Positions 36,668 through 45,625 of a DNA stretch of 64,000 bases are shown here, piece after piece. Where the stretch lies: contig JBFGLM010000002.1 of NCBI GenBank assembly GCA_041576165.1, positions 1 to 64,000 of the forward strand, read 5' to 3'. Both the position numbers and the translations under genes were made by a program. Origin of the DNA: Acidimicrobiia bacterium (GTDB lineage: Bacteria > Actinomycetota > Acidimicrobiia > Spongiisociales > Spongiisociaceae). Position 1 is the first letter of the stretch, and the number at the start of each line of letters is the position of its first letter. A model generated the notes under the pieces. It had not been told where the DNA came from. It ran no database searches and was given only the letters and a program-made list of their open reading frames with translations.

Positions 36668-37956
36668 GCGTCGTCTCCCTGTTCGAACCTCAGTGTTGCG
36701 GCCAGCGCATGGGCAGTGAGACCCTCCGCCTCCGCCAGCGTGCAAATCGTGCCACGCAATCCGGCCAAACCCCGTTCGCTGATTGTCTGCACCTGCCGCC
36801 ACGAGCCGAAGTCATCGACCGCCAGCGGCCCACAAGCGCGGGCCAGCCCGCCGGTGGGAAGCACGTGGTTGGCGCCGGTTGCATAGTCCCCGGCCGATTC
36901 GGGGGACCATCGGCCCACATAGACAGATCCAGCTCCGGTGACGGCCTTGGCCACGTCCGCGGCCGCTTCGGTCATGACCGTCACGTGCTCACCCGCGTAC
37001 TCGTTGGCGAAGTCGACGGCCTCGGATGTGTCGTCGACCAGGACGACCAATCCATGGTTGTCCAGTGCTTGAATGAGCAGGTCGCGACGTTCCAGACCGG
37101 CGAGAAGCGTGTCCAGCTCTGCGGCCACCCGGTCGGCTAGCTCCGGGTGGCTGGTCACCAATACGGCCGGCGAGTCTGGACCGTGCTCGGCCTGGCACAG
37201 CAGGTCGATCGCAACCAGGCGCGGCTCGGCGGTGTGGTCGGCGATGACCAGCACCTCGCTCGGCCCGGCCGGAAGATCGATGTCGCAGACGCCGTACACG
37301 GCGAGCTTGGCGGCGGTCACCCAGGGATTGCCGGGACCCACGATCTTGTCGACAGGCTGAATCGTTTCGGTCCCATACGCCAGCGCTGCGATCGCTTGGG
37401 CACCGCCCATCGCGTAGAGCTCGTCTACTCCGGCCAGATGAGCCGCTCCCAACAGCACCGGCGACAGGCGGCCGTGCTGGTCAGCCGGCGTGGCCACCAC
37501 CCGTCGTCCCACAGCTGCGACAGCAGCCGGTGCCATGGCCATGATCAGACTCGACGGATAAGTGGCCTTGCCGCCCGGAACGTACGCTCCCACACTTGCC
37601 AGGGGCGTCCATTTGCGCTCAATCCGCACACCCTCGAACGTTGCCACGCTGTGATCGGCTGGCAGCTGGGCACGGTGAAAACGAGTGACGGCGTCGATGG
37701 CGGCCTCCAAGGCGCGGGTCACCATCGCCGGCAGGCCGCGGGCGGCGGCGGTGATTTCCTCGGCGGCTACCCGCACGGGTATTCGACTTCCCCCGTACCG
37801 CCGGCCGGCATCATTCAGGGCTGCATCCCCGCCGTCACGGATGGCCGCGCAAATGCGCGCCGCTGCGTCCCGCACGTCATCATTGGGGACGGCCGAGCGG
37901 TGTAGGATCGCTCGCTGTTCCGGCGCGGTGAGGTCTTTCCAGGTGACAGTCCGCAT
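36664..37956 (-). CDS. hisD: Histidinol dehydrogenase
   Basis: YVPGG, GGAQAIAALAYG, KIVGPGN, AGPSE, QAEH, GDYATGANHVLPT. Confidence 0.96.
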   Translation of the reverse strand: MRTVTWKDLTAPEQRAILHRSAVPNDDVRDAAARICAAIRDGGDAALNDAGRRYGGSRIPVRVAAEEITAAARGLPAMVTRALEAAIDAVTRFHRAQLPADHSVATFEGVRIERKWTPLASVGAYVPGGKATYPSSLIMAMAPAAVAAVGRRVVATPADQHGRLSPVLLGAAHLAGVDELYAMGGAQAIAALAYGTETIQPVDKIVGPGNPWVTAAKLAVYGVCDIDLPAGPSEVLVIADHTAEPRLVAIDLLCQAEHGPDSPAVLVTSHPELADRVAAELDTLLAGLERRDLLIQALDNHGLVVLVDDTSEAVDFANEYAGEHVTVMTEAAADVAKAVTGAGSVYVGRWSPESAGDYATGANHVLPTGGLARACGPLAVDDFGSWRQVQTISERGLAGLRGTICTLAEAEGLTAHALAATLRFEQGDDA

Positions 37957-38819
37957 CAGCGAATGAGTTGTTCGATCGGCAGTACCAGGATGTCGTGCGC
38001 CCCGGCGGCTTTGAGATGGGGGAGGAGGCTCCACACCTCCCCGGCATCAACAACCGAGTGAATTGCGACCTCGCCCTCCTCAGCGAGCGGCACGATGGTC
38101 GGCGCCTCCAGTCCGGGGATGATGGCGGCGATAGATTCGATCGAAGACTTTGGAGCGTTCAGCATCAGGTACCGCTTCCGCCGGCCGGCGACCACGGCCA
38201 TCAGCGGGAGGCGCACCCGCTCGATCTCATCTGGCCGCGACGCCACGGCTGTCGGAGATGCGGCCAGGATCGCTTGCGACTCGATTATCTCGACGATCGG
38301 GCGCAACCCGTTGACGAGCAATGTTGATCCCGTAGAGACCAAATCGGCGATGGCGTCGGCGATTCCCAGCTTGGGCGCGACCTCCACCGAGCCGCGCAGA
38401 GGAACGACGTCCACCGCGATGTTGCGCACCTCGAAGAACTGCCGAGTGAGCACGGGGTGGGACGTGGCAACGCGCCTGCCGTCGAGGTGATCAGGTTTTT
38501 CGACGTCGGACGAGTTGGGCACGGCCACCACCAGCTGGCACCGGCCGAAACCCAGTTCGGCGATTACCGGGATCTCACGGTTGATTTCGCTCAGCAGATC
38601 GAAGCCGGTGATCCCCATGTCGGTCGCCTCGTCGATGAGCAACTCGGGGATGTCCTCGGTCCGTACAAACAGCAGCTCCATGTCGGCGTTCTGGACGTGC
38701 ACCGACAACGCGCGTTCGGTCTGCTCAAACACCAATCCGGCTTCCCGTAGCAAACGGGCGGTCGCATCTCTGAGCCGCCCTTTGTTGGGCACTGCCAAGC
38801 GGAAGTTACCGTCGCTCAT
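37956..38819 (-). CDS. hisG: ATP phosphoribosyltransferase, long form
   Basis: AVPNKGRL, GSVEVAP.LG.ADAI.DLVSTGSTL..NGL, C-terminal regulatory domain (PG..APT, GA.DILV). Confidence 0.96.
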   Translation of the reverse strand: MSDGNFRLAVPNKGRLRDATARLLREAGLVFEQTERALSVHVQNADMELLFVRTEDIPELLIDEATDMGITGFDLLSEINREIPVIAELGFGRCQLVVAVPNSSDVEKPDHLDGRRVATSHPVLTRQFFEVRNIAVDVVPLRGSVEVAPKLGIADAIADLVSTGSTLLVNGLRPIVEIIESQAILAASPTAVASRPDEIERVRLPLMAVVAGRRKRYLMLNAPKSSIESIAAIIPGLEAPTIVPLAEEGEVAIHSVVDAGEVWSLLPHLKAAGAHDILVLPIEQLIR

Positions 38820-39118
38820 CTCGGCTCCTGTTCCCGATCCAACGCGAGCTGATATCCACCGGTGCCGCGGGTGAGCCACTGGTTGACCCGGGTCACTGTG
38901 GCGGTCGAGACTCCAGTGGCGCGGGCGACCTCCCTATAGGGGAGACCATCCGCCAGGCTGCGCACCACGGCCCACCGCCCGGACAGCTCAGACAGCTCTT
39001 TGACGGTGCACAAATCCCGCAGGAACGCCGCCATCTCGTCGACGGTGTCGAGGCTGAGCAGCGCCCGACACAGGTCATTGACCTCTTCGGTGCGCCAGTC
39101 GTTGCGGTTGGTCGCCAT
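38816..39118 (-). CDS. TrpR-like YerC/YecD family regulator (putative HisR)
   Basis: FLRDLCT..EL, RW.V, YREVARATGVSTATVTRVNQWL..G.GGY. ATGA-coupled to hisG. Confidence 0.92.
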   Translation of the reverse strand: MATNRNDWRTEEVNDLCRALLSLDTVDEMAAFLRDLCTVKELSELSGRWAVVRSLADGLPYREVARATGVSTATVTRVNQWLTRGTGGYQLALDREQEPR

Positions 39119-39202
39119 GGCTGCCTAACGGGTGGTTGATCTCGCGGATGTCCCTGAGGGCTGTCGTCAGTGCGTACTGTTCTCAGTACCTGTCTGTTCT
39201 AG

Positions 39203-39222
39203 TGTTTTAACATGCTAAAACA
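39203..39222. promoter_or_regulatory. Putative operator of the TrpR-like regulator in the divergent his promoter region
   Basis: TGTTTTA-ACATGC-TAAAACA, a 20-bp AT-rich palindrome in a GC-rich background. Confidence 0.65.
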
Positions 39223-39274
39223 TTGAAACACTACGGTACAGTACGGTCTGCGCATTCTCAAACCGGGGCGGACA

Positions 39275-39988
39275 ATGGATGTGATTCCAGCCGTCGACAT
39301 TCTGAGTGGCTCCGTCGTGCGACTGATGCAAGGCGACTACGAGCAGGTGACCGAGTACGGAAGCTCACCGGTCGATGCCGCCCGGCGGTGGCTCGATGCC
39401 GGGGCGCAACTGGTCCACATTGTTGATCTGCACGGGGCCCGAGACGGCACCGCCGACGTCGACACTTGGCGCTCGCTTGGACGAGCCGGCATCCCGTTCC
39501 AGCTCGGTGGCGGTATCCGCACCCTCGACACCGTTCGGGCGGCGATCGGAGCAGGTGCGCGGAGGGTCATTCTGGGTACCGCCGCCGTCTGGCAGCCCGA
39601 TCTGCTGGGACGCGCGATCGACGAAGCCGGCACCGGATCCATCGTGGCGTCGATCGACGTGCGGGACGGGCGGGCGACCGGTGCCGGCTGGCTCGACGAG
39701 GGCCGGGTCACTGAGGACGTGGTCGCCGGCACCTTCGCGGTAGGCGTGCGCCAGTATTTGGTGACCGCTGTGGCCCGCGACGGGACCATGCGCGGCCCGG
39801 ACCTCGAGCTGATCTCCCGTGTGATCGAGCTCACGGAGGGGGCGTACGTCATGTGTGCGGGCGGTATCGGCACTCTCGGTGACGTGGCCCGAGTCCGGGA
39901 GCTTGGGGCCGGCGGGGTAGTGGTCGGCCGCGCGCTGTATGAGGGAGCCTTCTCATTGAGCGAAGCCGCCCGGGTCGCTGAAGGGTGA
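39275..39988 (+). CDS. hisA: ProFAR isomerase
   Basis: IPAVDI, VVRL.QG, HIVDL.GA, QLGGGIR, RVILGTAA, RDGTM.GP, GRALY. Confidence 0.94.
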   Translation: MDVIPAVDILSGSVVRLMQGDYEQVTEYGSSPVDAARRWLDAGAQLVHIVDLHGARDGTADVDTWRSLGRAGIPFQLGGGIRTLDTVRAAIGAGARRVILGTAAVWQPDLLGRAIDEAGTGSIVASIDVRDGRATGAGWLDEGRVTEDVVAGTFAVGVRQYLVTAVARDGTMRGPDLELISRVIELTEGAYVMCAGGIGTLGDVARVRELGAGGVVVGRALYEGAFSLSEAARVAEG

Positions 39989-40009
39989 GCCGGCCCGGCG
40001 CAGCCTGTA

Positions 40010-40318
40010 TCAGGGAACCGTGCAGATCGGATCTGTCGAGTCGGGCGGGCACAACGGACCGCCGCCGGAGCCGCCGCCGCCGGAGCCGCCGCCGCCGGAC
40101 CCGCCGCCGGAACTCCCGCCACCCGATCCGTTCTGGTTGAAAGAGGCCGGCACCTGATCCCACAGATCGCCGGTGTTATTGCCGAAGTAGGCAACCGCCG
40201 CGATGGCCACCACCGCGATCAAGAGGACCGCAAGGGCGGTCTCGAGCAGATTTGCGCCGAAGTCGCTCCCCAGATCGAGCGCGCGCCGCATGGGGCCCCG
40301 CTCGCTTTCCGTGGTCAT
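40010..40318 (-). CDS. Flp/type IVb pilin-like protein with Gly-Ser linker and Cys-containing tail
   Basis: G|ANLLE prepilin-type site followed by hydrophobic LIAVVAIAAV..FG; (GGGS)n; CPPDSTDPIC. Confidence 0.65.
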   Translation of the reverse strand: MTTESERGPMRRALDLGSDFGANLLETALAVLLIAVVAIAAVAYFGNNTGDLWDQVPASFNQNGSGGGSSGGGSGGGGSGGGGSGGGPLCPPDSTDPICTVP

Positions 40319-40419
40319 ATGCAGCCCCTTGTAATTCCCAGCTATCACAAGTATACGCAAGTTGCGGCAGAGAATGGGCACTCACAGTGGTGGCGGCGCA
40401 GCAAAGCCGGCCACGCCGG

Positions 40420-42423
40420 TCAGCTCCGGGTTGATCGGAACCGCTCGAGCGCCTTGTCCAGCTCCGCCCAGCCGACGGTCCGTCGATCCGACCCGGATCG
40501 CAGGACCTCCAGGGCGGCCTCGCGCAGGAGTCCGGTGAGGTCCGCAAACGACAGGCCCTCGGTCTTCTCGGCCAGCTCGTCCAAGTCGACTTCGTCGCCG
40601 AAGGGCACATCAGAGATGTTGAGTAATGCCCGCCGGCCCGGGGTCTTGGGAAGACCGAGATGGATGTGTACTTCGAACCGCCCCGATCGGATGAGAGCCG
40701 GGTCGATGAGGTCTCGCCGGTTGGTCGCGCCGATGACCACGACGTCACCCCGACCCCCGATCCCGTCGAGTTCGGTGAGCAGGGCGGCGACGACCGAGTC
40801 CGTCACCGAGGTGGTGGAGGAGCCGCGCACCGGCGCGAGCGCGTCGAGCTCGTCGAAAAAGATAATCGACGGCGCGGCGGCGCGGGAGCGGGAAAAGACG
40901 TCCCGGACGCCGCGCTCGGACTCGCCAACGTATTTGTCCAACAGCTCGGCCCCCTTGACCGCAAAAAAAGCCGCGCCGCTTTCGTGGGCCAGCGCCCGGA
41001 TGACGAACGTCTTGCCAGTGCCCGGCGGTCCGTAGAGCAGGATGCCCCGGGGTGGCTCGATCCCCATTTCCGCGAACCGTTCGGGCTGGGTCATCGGCCA
41101 GATCACTGCTTCGGTGAGGCGTTGTTTCTCCTCTTCGAGGTTGGCGACTTTGTCGAAGCCATAACTCGGCATCTCTCCGAGAGGTACAGAGCCCAGCGAT
41201 GGCGACGTGTCTTCCACTGCGGCCAGGAGCCCTTCCTGGGTCACCGGTTCGCCCGAGCGGGCCACCATGGCGGATGCATGGACGATCGCCGCCATGATGT
41301 CCGAGCCGGAGAACCCGGCTGAGCGCGCCGCCAACTGATCGTGGTCTATGTCCGCCGTCGGGACGTGGCGCAATCCTTCCTCGAACATCAAGCGGCGGCG
41401 AGTGAGGTCGGGCGGCGGCACGGTCAAGGTCCGGGGGAGCAGGGGAGACCGGGCGATCGAGTCGTCCAGATGCGACACCGCCGCAACGCCGAGCACACAT
41501 GCCAGGCCCTTGGTTTCGGCCACAGCGTCGGTGAACCATCGCAGGATGGCTCCGACCTGGCTCTTGAACGCGACCATGCCTTCTTCGCCGGTGACTGCTT
41601 CCAGCCGGTCGACGTAGATGACTCCGGGCCTCGCGGTCGTGTTCTTGGCCTTCTCGAGCAGATCCAGCAGCCTCTCCGGCTTGAACACCAGATCCAGAGA
41701 CACTTCGTGGAACGCGGCTCCCGCCTCGTCGGCCGCTGTGCGAACCAGTTCGGTCTTGCCGACCCCCGACGGACCCTCGAGGATCACGCCGGCCACCTCC
41801 GGCAGGCCCCAGCTCTTTGGCAGGTCCTGAGGCGAGGTGAGTAGCGCCAGCCATCCGGTCAGGATCTCCAGCTCGGCTTCCAGACCGGTGAGAAGGGCAG
41901 CCATCGGCCGAGGGAGATCCGAGGGGGCTTCGACTGCGCCCGGCCGGGCGCCGTCGACCAGCGCCCGTGCATGGTCTGCGGCCGACAGGACGAGCGAGCC
42001 GTGGTTGATCAGGCCCGCATCGCCGGGCTCAATATCGGCGATGCGCATGTCGATCGGATCTGCGCCTCCCAGATAACGCGCATCGATCGTGATCGTGTCG
42101 CCGGTGGTGGCCGGACGCCCCTGGAGCGCTTGGATCAGCACCCGCGGTTCCACCGGCAAGGTTTCGCCTTCGATCACGACCCGCCCGGCGGTGGACAGCA
42201 ACGCCCGGTTCGCCTCGACCGATGCGCCCACCTGAATGCCCGCATTGGCGAGGGCCTGGGGGCCGAGGCTCAGCGCCGACGCTTCACCACCCCGCCGGGG
42301 TCGAACGAGCACATGGGTCTTACCCACCGAGATGACACCGCCGGCCGGCATACCCATCGCCGCCAGCATCGCCCGATCGGCGCCTGCCACCGGGTCTGTG
42401 CCCGCGCGTACGATGAACCGCAT
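40420..42423 (-). CDS. Cdc48-like double AAA+ ATPase (Rv0435c/Cpa-like)
   Basis: N-domain, D1 GPSGVGKT, D2 GILLYGPPGTGKT/IIFFDELD/ATNRRDLIDPALIRSGRF. Start 42423 (TAGCAT-N7-ATG) or 42432. Confidence 0.9.
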   Translation of the reverse strand: MRFIVRAGTDPVAGADRAMLAAMGMPAGGVISVGKTHVLVRPRRGGEASALSLGPQALANAGIQVGASVEANRALLSTAGRVVIEGETLPVEPRVLIQALQGRPATTGDTITIDARYLGGADPIDMRIADIEPGDAGLINHGSLVLSAADHARALVDGARPGAVEAPSDLPRPMAALLTGLEAELEILTGWLALLTSPQDLPKSWGLPEVAGVILEGPSGVGKTELVRTAADEAGAAFHEVSLDLVFKPERLLDLLEKAKNTTARPGVIYVDRLEAVTGEEGMVAFKSQVGAILRWFTDAVAETKGLACVLGVAAVSHLDDSIARSPLLPRTLTVPPPDLTRRRLMFEEGLRHVPTADIDHDQLAARSAGFSGSDIMAAIVHASAMVARSGEPVTQEGLLAAVEDTSPSLGSVPLGEMPSYGFDKVANLEEEKQRLTEAVIWPMTQPERFAEMGIEPPRGILLYGPPGTGKTFVIRALAHESGAAFFAVKGAELLDKYVGESERGVRDVFSRSRAAAPSIIFFDELDALAPVRGSSTTSVTDSVVAALLTELDGIGGRGDVVVIGATNRRDLIDPALIRSGRFEVHIHLGLPKTPGRRALLNISDVPFGDEVDLDELAEKTEGLSFADLTGLLREAALEVLRSGSDRRTVGWAELDKALERFRSTRS

Positions 42424-42504
42424 CGTCGGCATGCTAGGGGGTGACCGGGCCTCGTTCCGCCGGGCCGCAGGCCGGCAACCTGCAGTGGTACCGGAAGGCC
42501 GGAA

Positions 42505-43644
42505 TCAGATCCCGGCCACCGTCTCCTCGACGAGGTTGGCGACGACCTTGCGCAAAGCCGTCGCGGCGTCGTCGCCGCCGGCCACCGCCTTGCGGTACAC
42601 GTCGAGCTGGCGGTCGGCGCTGGTGCCGCGCTGGACGATCGTCCGGGCATGCTCGACCAGGTCGACGCAGTCGAGCGCTTCGGCATCCGGGCGGATCAGC
42701 TCGATGATCTCCTCCACGAGGTCGGCAAATGGGATCAACTCGACTTTGCCGAAGTCGATGAGCTCGCCTTCTACGCCGTAGCGTTGGGCTCGCCAAAGGT
42801 TCTCCTCAATGAGAAATCCAGCATATGAGCGCCAGCGCTGGTTCTTTTGGCGGCGGCGCCACAGCATGCGCAGCAGACACACATAGATAGCCGCGATGCA
42901 CAGGGAATCTTCCATCCGGGTGGGGAGATCGGCGACACGCATCTCCAAGGTCGGATATCGCACCGAGGGCCGGATGTCCCACCAGATCTTTGAGGCGTCC
43001 TCAATGACGCCAACACTGACCAGCACGTTCACGTGGCGTTCGTATTCACTCCAGGAGGCGAAACGGATTGGCAGTCCGGTACGGGGGGCGGCCCGGAAAA
43101 CCGTCTTGCGATAACTCTTGAGGCCCGTTTCGTGACCGCCCCAAAACGGGGAAGAGGTGGAGAGGGCGAGCAGGTGCGGTAGGAAGTAGCTCGCTTGGTT
43201 CATCAGGTCTATGCGCAGCTCGGGGTCATCGATGCCAACATGGACGTGCATGCCGGAGACCATCAGGCGGCGCATGACAGCTTGCATGTCCTCCGCCAGC
43301 GCGATGTAGCGATCGGCGTCGGTGACCTTTTGCTCGGACCAGCGAGCAGTCGGATGGGTCGAGCAAGCCACGGGGGCCAGCCCATGGGCGGACGCCGTGT
43401 CGGCCACCGCGTTCCGCAACCGGCGCAACTCCGCACGCGCTTCCGCCAGAGAGGAACAGACCTTCGTCCCAACCTCGATCTGGCTCTGGAGGAATTCCTG
43501 GTTGACCTGGTCACCGAGCAGCGTGCTGGCTCGCTCCATCAGCGCGGCCGGCTGTTCGACGAGTAACTCCCCGGTTGACCGGTCGACCAGGAGGTATTCC
43601 TCTTCGATTCCCAACGTCCATGCCGGCTCTGCGACCACAGGCAC
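42505..43644 (-). CDS. Carboxylate-amine ligase (YbdK, glutamate-cysteine ligase family 2)
   Basis: TLGIEEEY, QIEVGT, GMHVHVG, LLALSTSSPFW, WWDIRP, TLEMR, ENLWRA.RYG. Confidence 0.93.
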   Translation of the reverse strand: MPVVAEPAWTLGIEEEYLLVDRSTGELLVEQPAALMERASTLLGDQVNQEFLQSQIEVGTKVCSSLAEARAELRRLRNAVADTASAHGLAPVACSTHPTARWSEQKVTDADRYIALAEDMQAVMRRLMVSGMHVHVGIDDPELRIDLMNQASYFLPHLLALSTSSPFWGGHETGLKSYRKTVFRAAPRTGLPIRFASWSEYERHVNVLVSVGVIEDASKIWWDIRPSVRYPTLEMRVADLPTRMEDSLCIAAIYVCLLRMLWRRRQKNQRWRSYAGFLIEENLWRAQRYGVEGELIDFGKVELIPFADLVEEIIELIRPDAEALDCVDLVEHARTIVQRGTSADRQLDVYRKAVAGGDDAATALRKVVANLVEETVAGI

Positions 43645-43701
43645 ACCTCTCCGCAGGTGCTTGCGTGGGGAACTTAGTCATCTGGGGGTGCCGTCGTCGC
43701 A

Positions 43702-45312
43702 TCACGCCGCCAGAGTCAGCGGAGGGACCGAGCCGGCCGGGGTGGCGATCGGATGGTCGGAGGCGACCAGCCGAACCGTTCCGGACGTCAGCCAGCGCCA
43801 CAGCAGCTGGACCTCTTCTCCTTCGCCGCTGGTCGGCGGCACCGGCGGGAGGTCCCGATCGGCAGCCGCATCCGGCAAGAGCGGCGGCGTCGTGCCGTGC
43901 CGCCATGCCGCCACGAGCCGGCCGTCGTCAATACACACCATTGCGTCGAGCCCCTCGGCATAGACCCGGCCGGCTCCCGCCAGTGCCGTCCACGATCGGC
44001 GGCGCTCGATCGCCTGCGCGAGCGCCCCGTGGCGGTCGCGGGCCCAGGCCGCCTCCTCGTATCGCTGGGCCCGGGCGAGCTGGCGCACCCTCTCCACGAG
44101 AGGATCGAGCAGCAGCCGCGGTTCGGTGGTGATGGCCCGGCACAAACGTTCGACGACCTGGGCGTATGCGTCCGGGTCGAGGGTCCCGGCACAGGGGCAG
44201 AGAGCCACACCCAGCTGGGCGGACGCGCACGGGGCCCCGCGGGCGGCCGGTCGCCCGGAGCAGCGCCGGACCGGGCTGGCGTCCCAGATCGCGTCACGCA
44301 CCAGCGTCGCCATCCGATGGGAGCGGAAAGGTCCCAGACAGAAAGGTTCCCGCGGCCGGCGGGTGATGGAAAGCCGCGGGAACCGCTCCCGGGTCAGGCT
44401 GACGAAATGCTCGGTCTTGGGTGGGCGGGAACGGCGGTTGTATTGCGGGCGGTGAGCATGGATGAGCCGCAACTCAGTTACCTCCGCCTCGATCTCTGTC
44501 GCGCACACGATATGGTCGATGCGGTCGAGTTGGCGGAGCATGTCGCCGACCCGGCGGCGCCGATCGCCATAGAAGTAGGCCCGAACCCGGGTCCGCAGGT
44601 TCTTGGCCTTGCCCGTATAGATCACGTCGCCGTCTCGATCTCGGAACAGGTAGACACCGGGTCGGCGCGGCAGGGTTTCGGTCAGGGACAGCTTCGAGTA
44701 CATCGGCGACCCCTTGGCCGCCGGCAGCTCCAACAGATCCTCCAGCGCGGTGATGCCCATGGTCCCGACCCTGGCCAGCAACTCGAAGAACACGTGAGCA
44801 GTTGCCCGGGCGTCTTCAAGCGCCCGATGGTTCGGGACAACTGGCGATCGGAAATAGGTCGCCAGGGTGCTCAGCCTGAGGTTGCGCACTTCCGGGCGGA
44901 TGAGCCGTCGGGCCAGAGCGGCGGTGTCGACATGGCGGTTCGACACTCCCGGATAGCCGAGCCTCCCGGCGGCGGCTTTGAGGAATGACAGGTCGAAGCG
45001 GACGTTGTGTCCGACAATCACCGCATCGCCAATGAACTCGAAGAACGCAGGCAGGGCTTCTTCGATCATCGGCGCCTCGATTACCATCGCCTCAGTGATC
45101 CCGGTCAGGATGGTGATCATCGGTGGAATGGGGCTGCCGGGATTGACCAGGGTGTGGAAGGTTCCTTCCAGCTCTCCCCGGCGGTACCGGACCGCGCCGA
45201 TCTCGGTGATTTCGCACTGCGCGGGCGATCCGCCGGTGGTTTCCAGGTCGAGGATGCAGAAGGGAACCTCAAAAAGTGGCGTGCCCATCTCCTCGAATGA
45301 AGCCTGACGCAC
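43702..45312 (-). CDS. DEDDh exonuclease-GIY-YIG/UvrC-like fusion (Rv2191-like)
   Basis: DLETTG, HNVRFD, HRALEDA; PGVY.F...VIYTGKAKNLRTRV; UVR motif AQRYEEAA..RD. Confidence 0.92.
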   Translation of the reverse strand: MRQASFEEMGTPLFEVPFCILDLETTGGSPAQCEITEIGAVRYRRGELEGTFHTLVNPGSPIPPMITILTGITEAMVIEAPMIEEALPAFFEFIGDAVIVGHNVRFDLSFLKAAAGRLGYPGVSNRHVDTAALARRLIRPEVRNLRLSTLATYFRSPVVPNHRALEDARATAHVFFELLARVGTMGITALEDLLELPAAKGSPMYSKLSLTETLPRRPGVYLFRDRDGDVIYTGKAKNLRTRVRAYFYGDRRRRVGDMLRQLDRIDHIVCATEIEAEVTELRLIHAHRPQYNRRSRPPKTEHFVSLTRERFPRLSITRRPREPFCLGPFRSHRMATLVRDAIWDASPVRRCSGRPAARGAPCASAQLGVALCPCAGTLDPDAYAQVVERLCRAITTEPRLLLDPLVERVRQLARAQRYEEAAWARDRHGALAQAIERRRSWTALAGAGRVYAEGLDAMVCIDDGRLVAAWRHGTTPPLLPDAAADRDLPPVPPTSGEGEEVQLLWRWLTSGTVRLVASDHPIATPAGSVPPLTLAA

Positions 45313-45351
45313 CGGGTCATCCTCCCGCCGATCGGACCTCCCAACCTAGCC

Positions 45352-45365
45352 CGAACATATGTTCG
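45352..45365. promoter_or_regulatory. LexA SOS box (Gram-positive/actinobacterial type)
   Basis: CGAAC-ATAT-GTTCG perfect palindrome, 40 bp upstream of the exonuclease start and 3 bp from a minus-strand TAGGTT -10 (45348-45343). Confidence 0.85.
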
Positions 45366-45405
45366 ATGTCGAGTATTCGGCTTGATATGCGTATCGTGCG
45401 GCGCC

Positions 45406-45618
45406 ATGACCACCACGTATCGCTGCGGTGTGTGCGGTAACCGCACCCGCTTCGACGTCTACGAGTCGCTGCGTCGCCGCCAGTTCCAGCACTTCACACT
45501 TGGCGGTGAACTCACCGTGGAGGAGGACGAGACGATCGAAGCTGCACTCGAGCGGGTGGTGTGCCGCTGGTGCGGGCGATCCGATCAAATCGAGGTCCGC
45601 GGAACCCCCGTGAAGTGA
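45406..45618 (+). CDS. Small putative zinc-ribbon protein
   Basis: YRCGVCGNRTRFDV...VCRWCG, two CxxC pairs; TATCGT -10 upstream. Confidence 0.8.
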   Translation: MTTTYRCGVCGNRTRFDVYESLRRRQFQHFTLGGELTVEEDETIEAALERVVCRWCGRSDQIEVRGTPVK

Positions 45619-45625
45619 GATGGCC

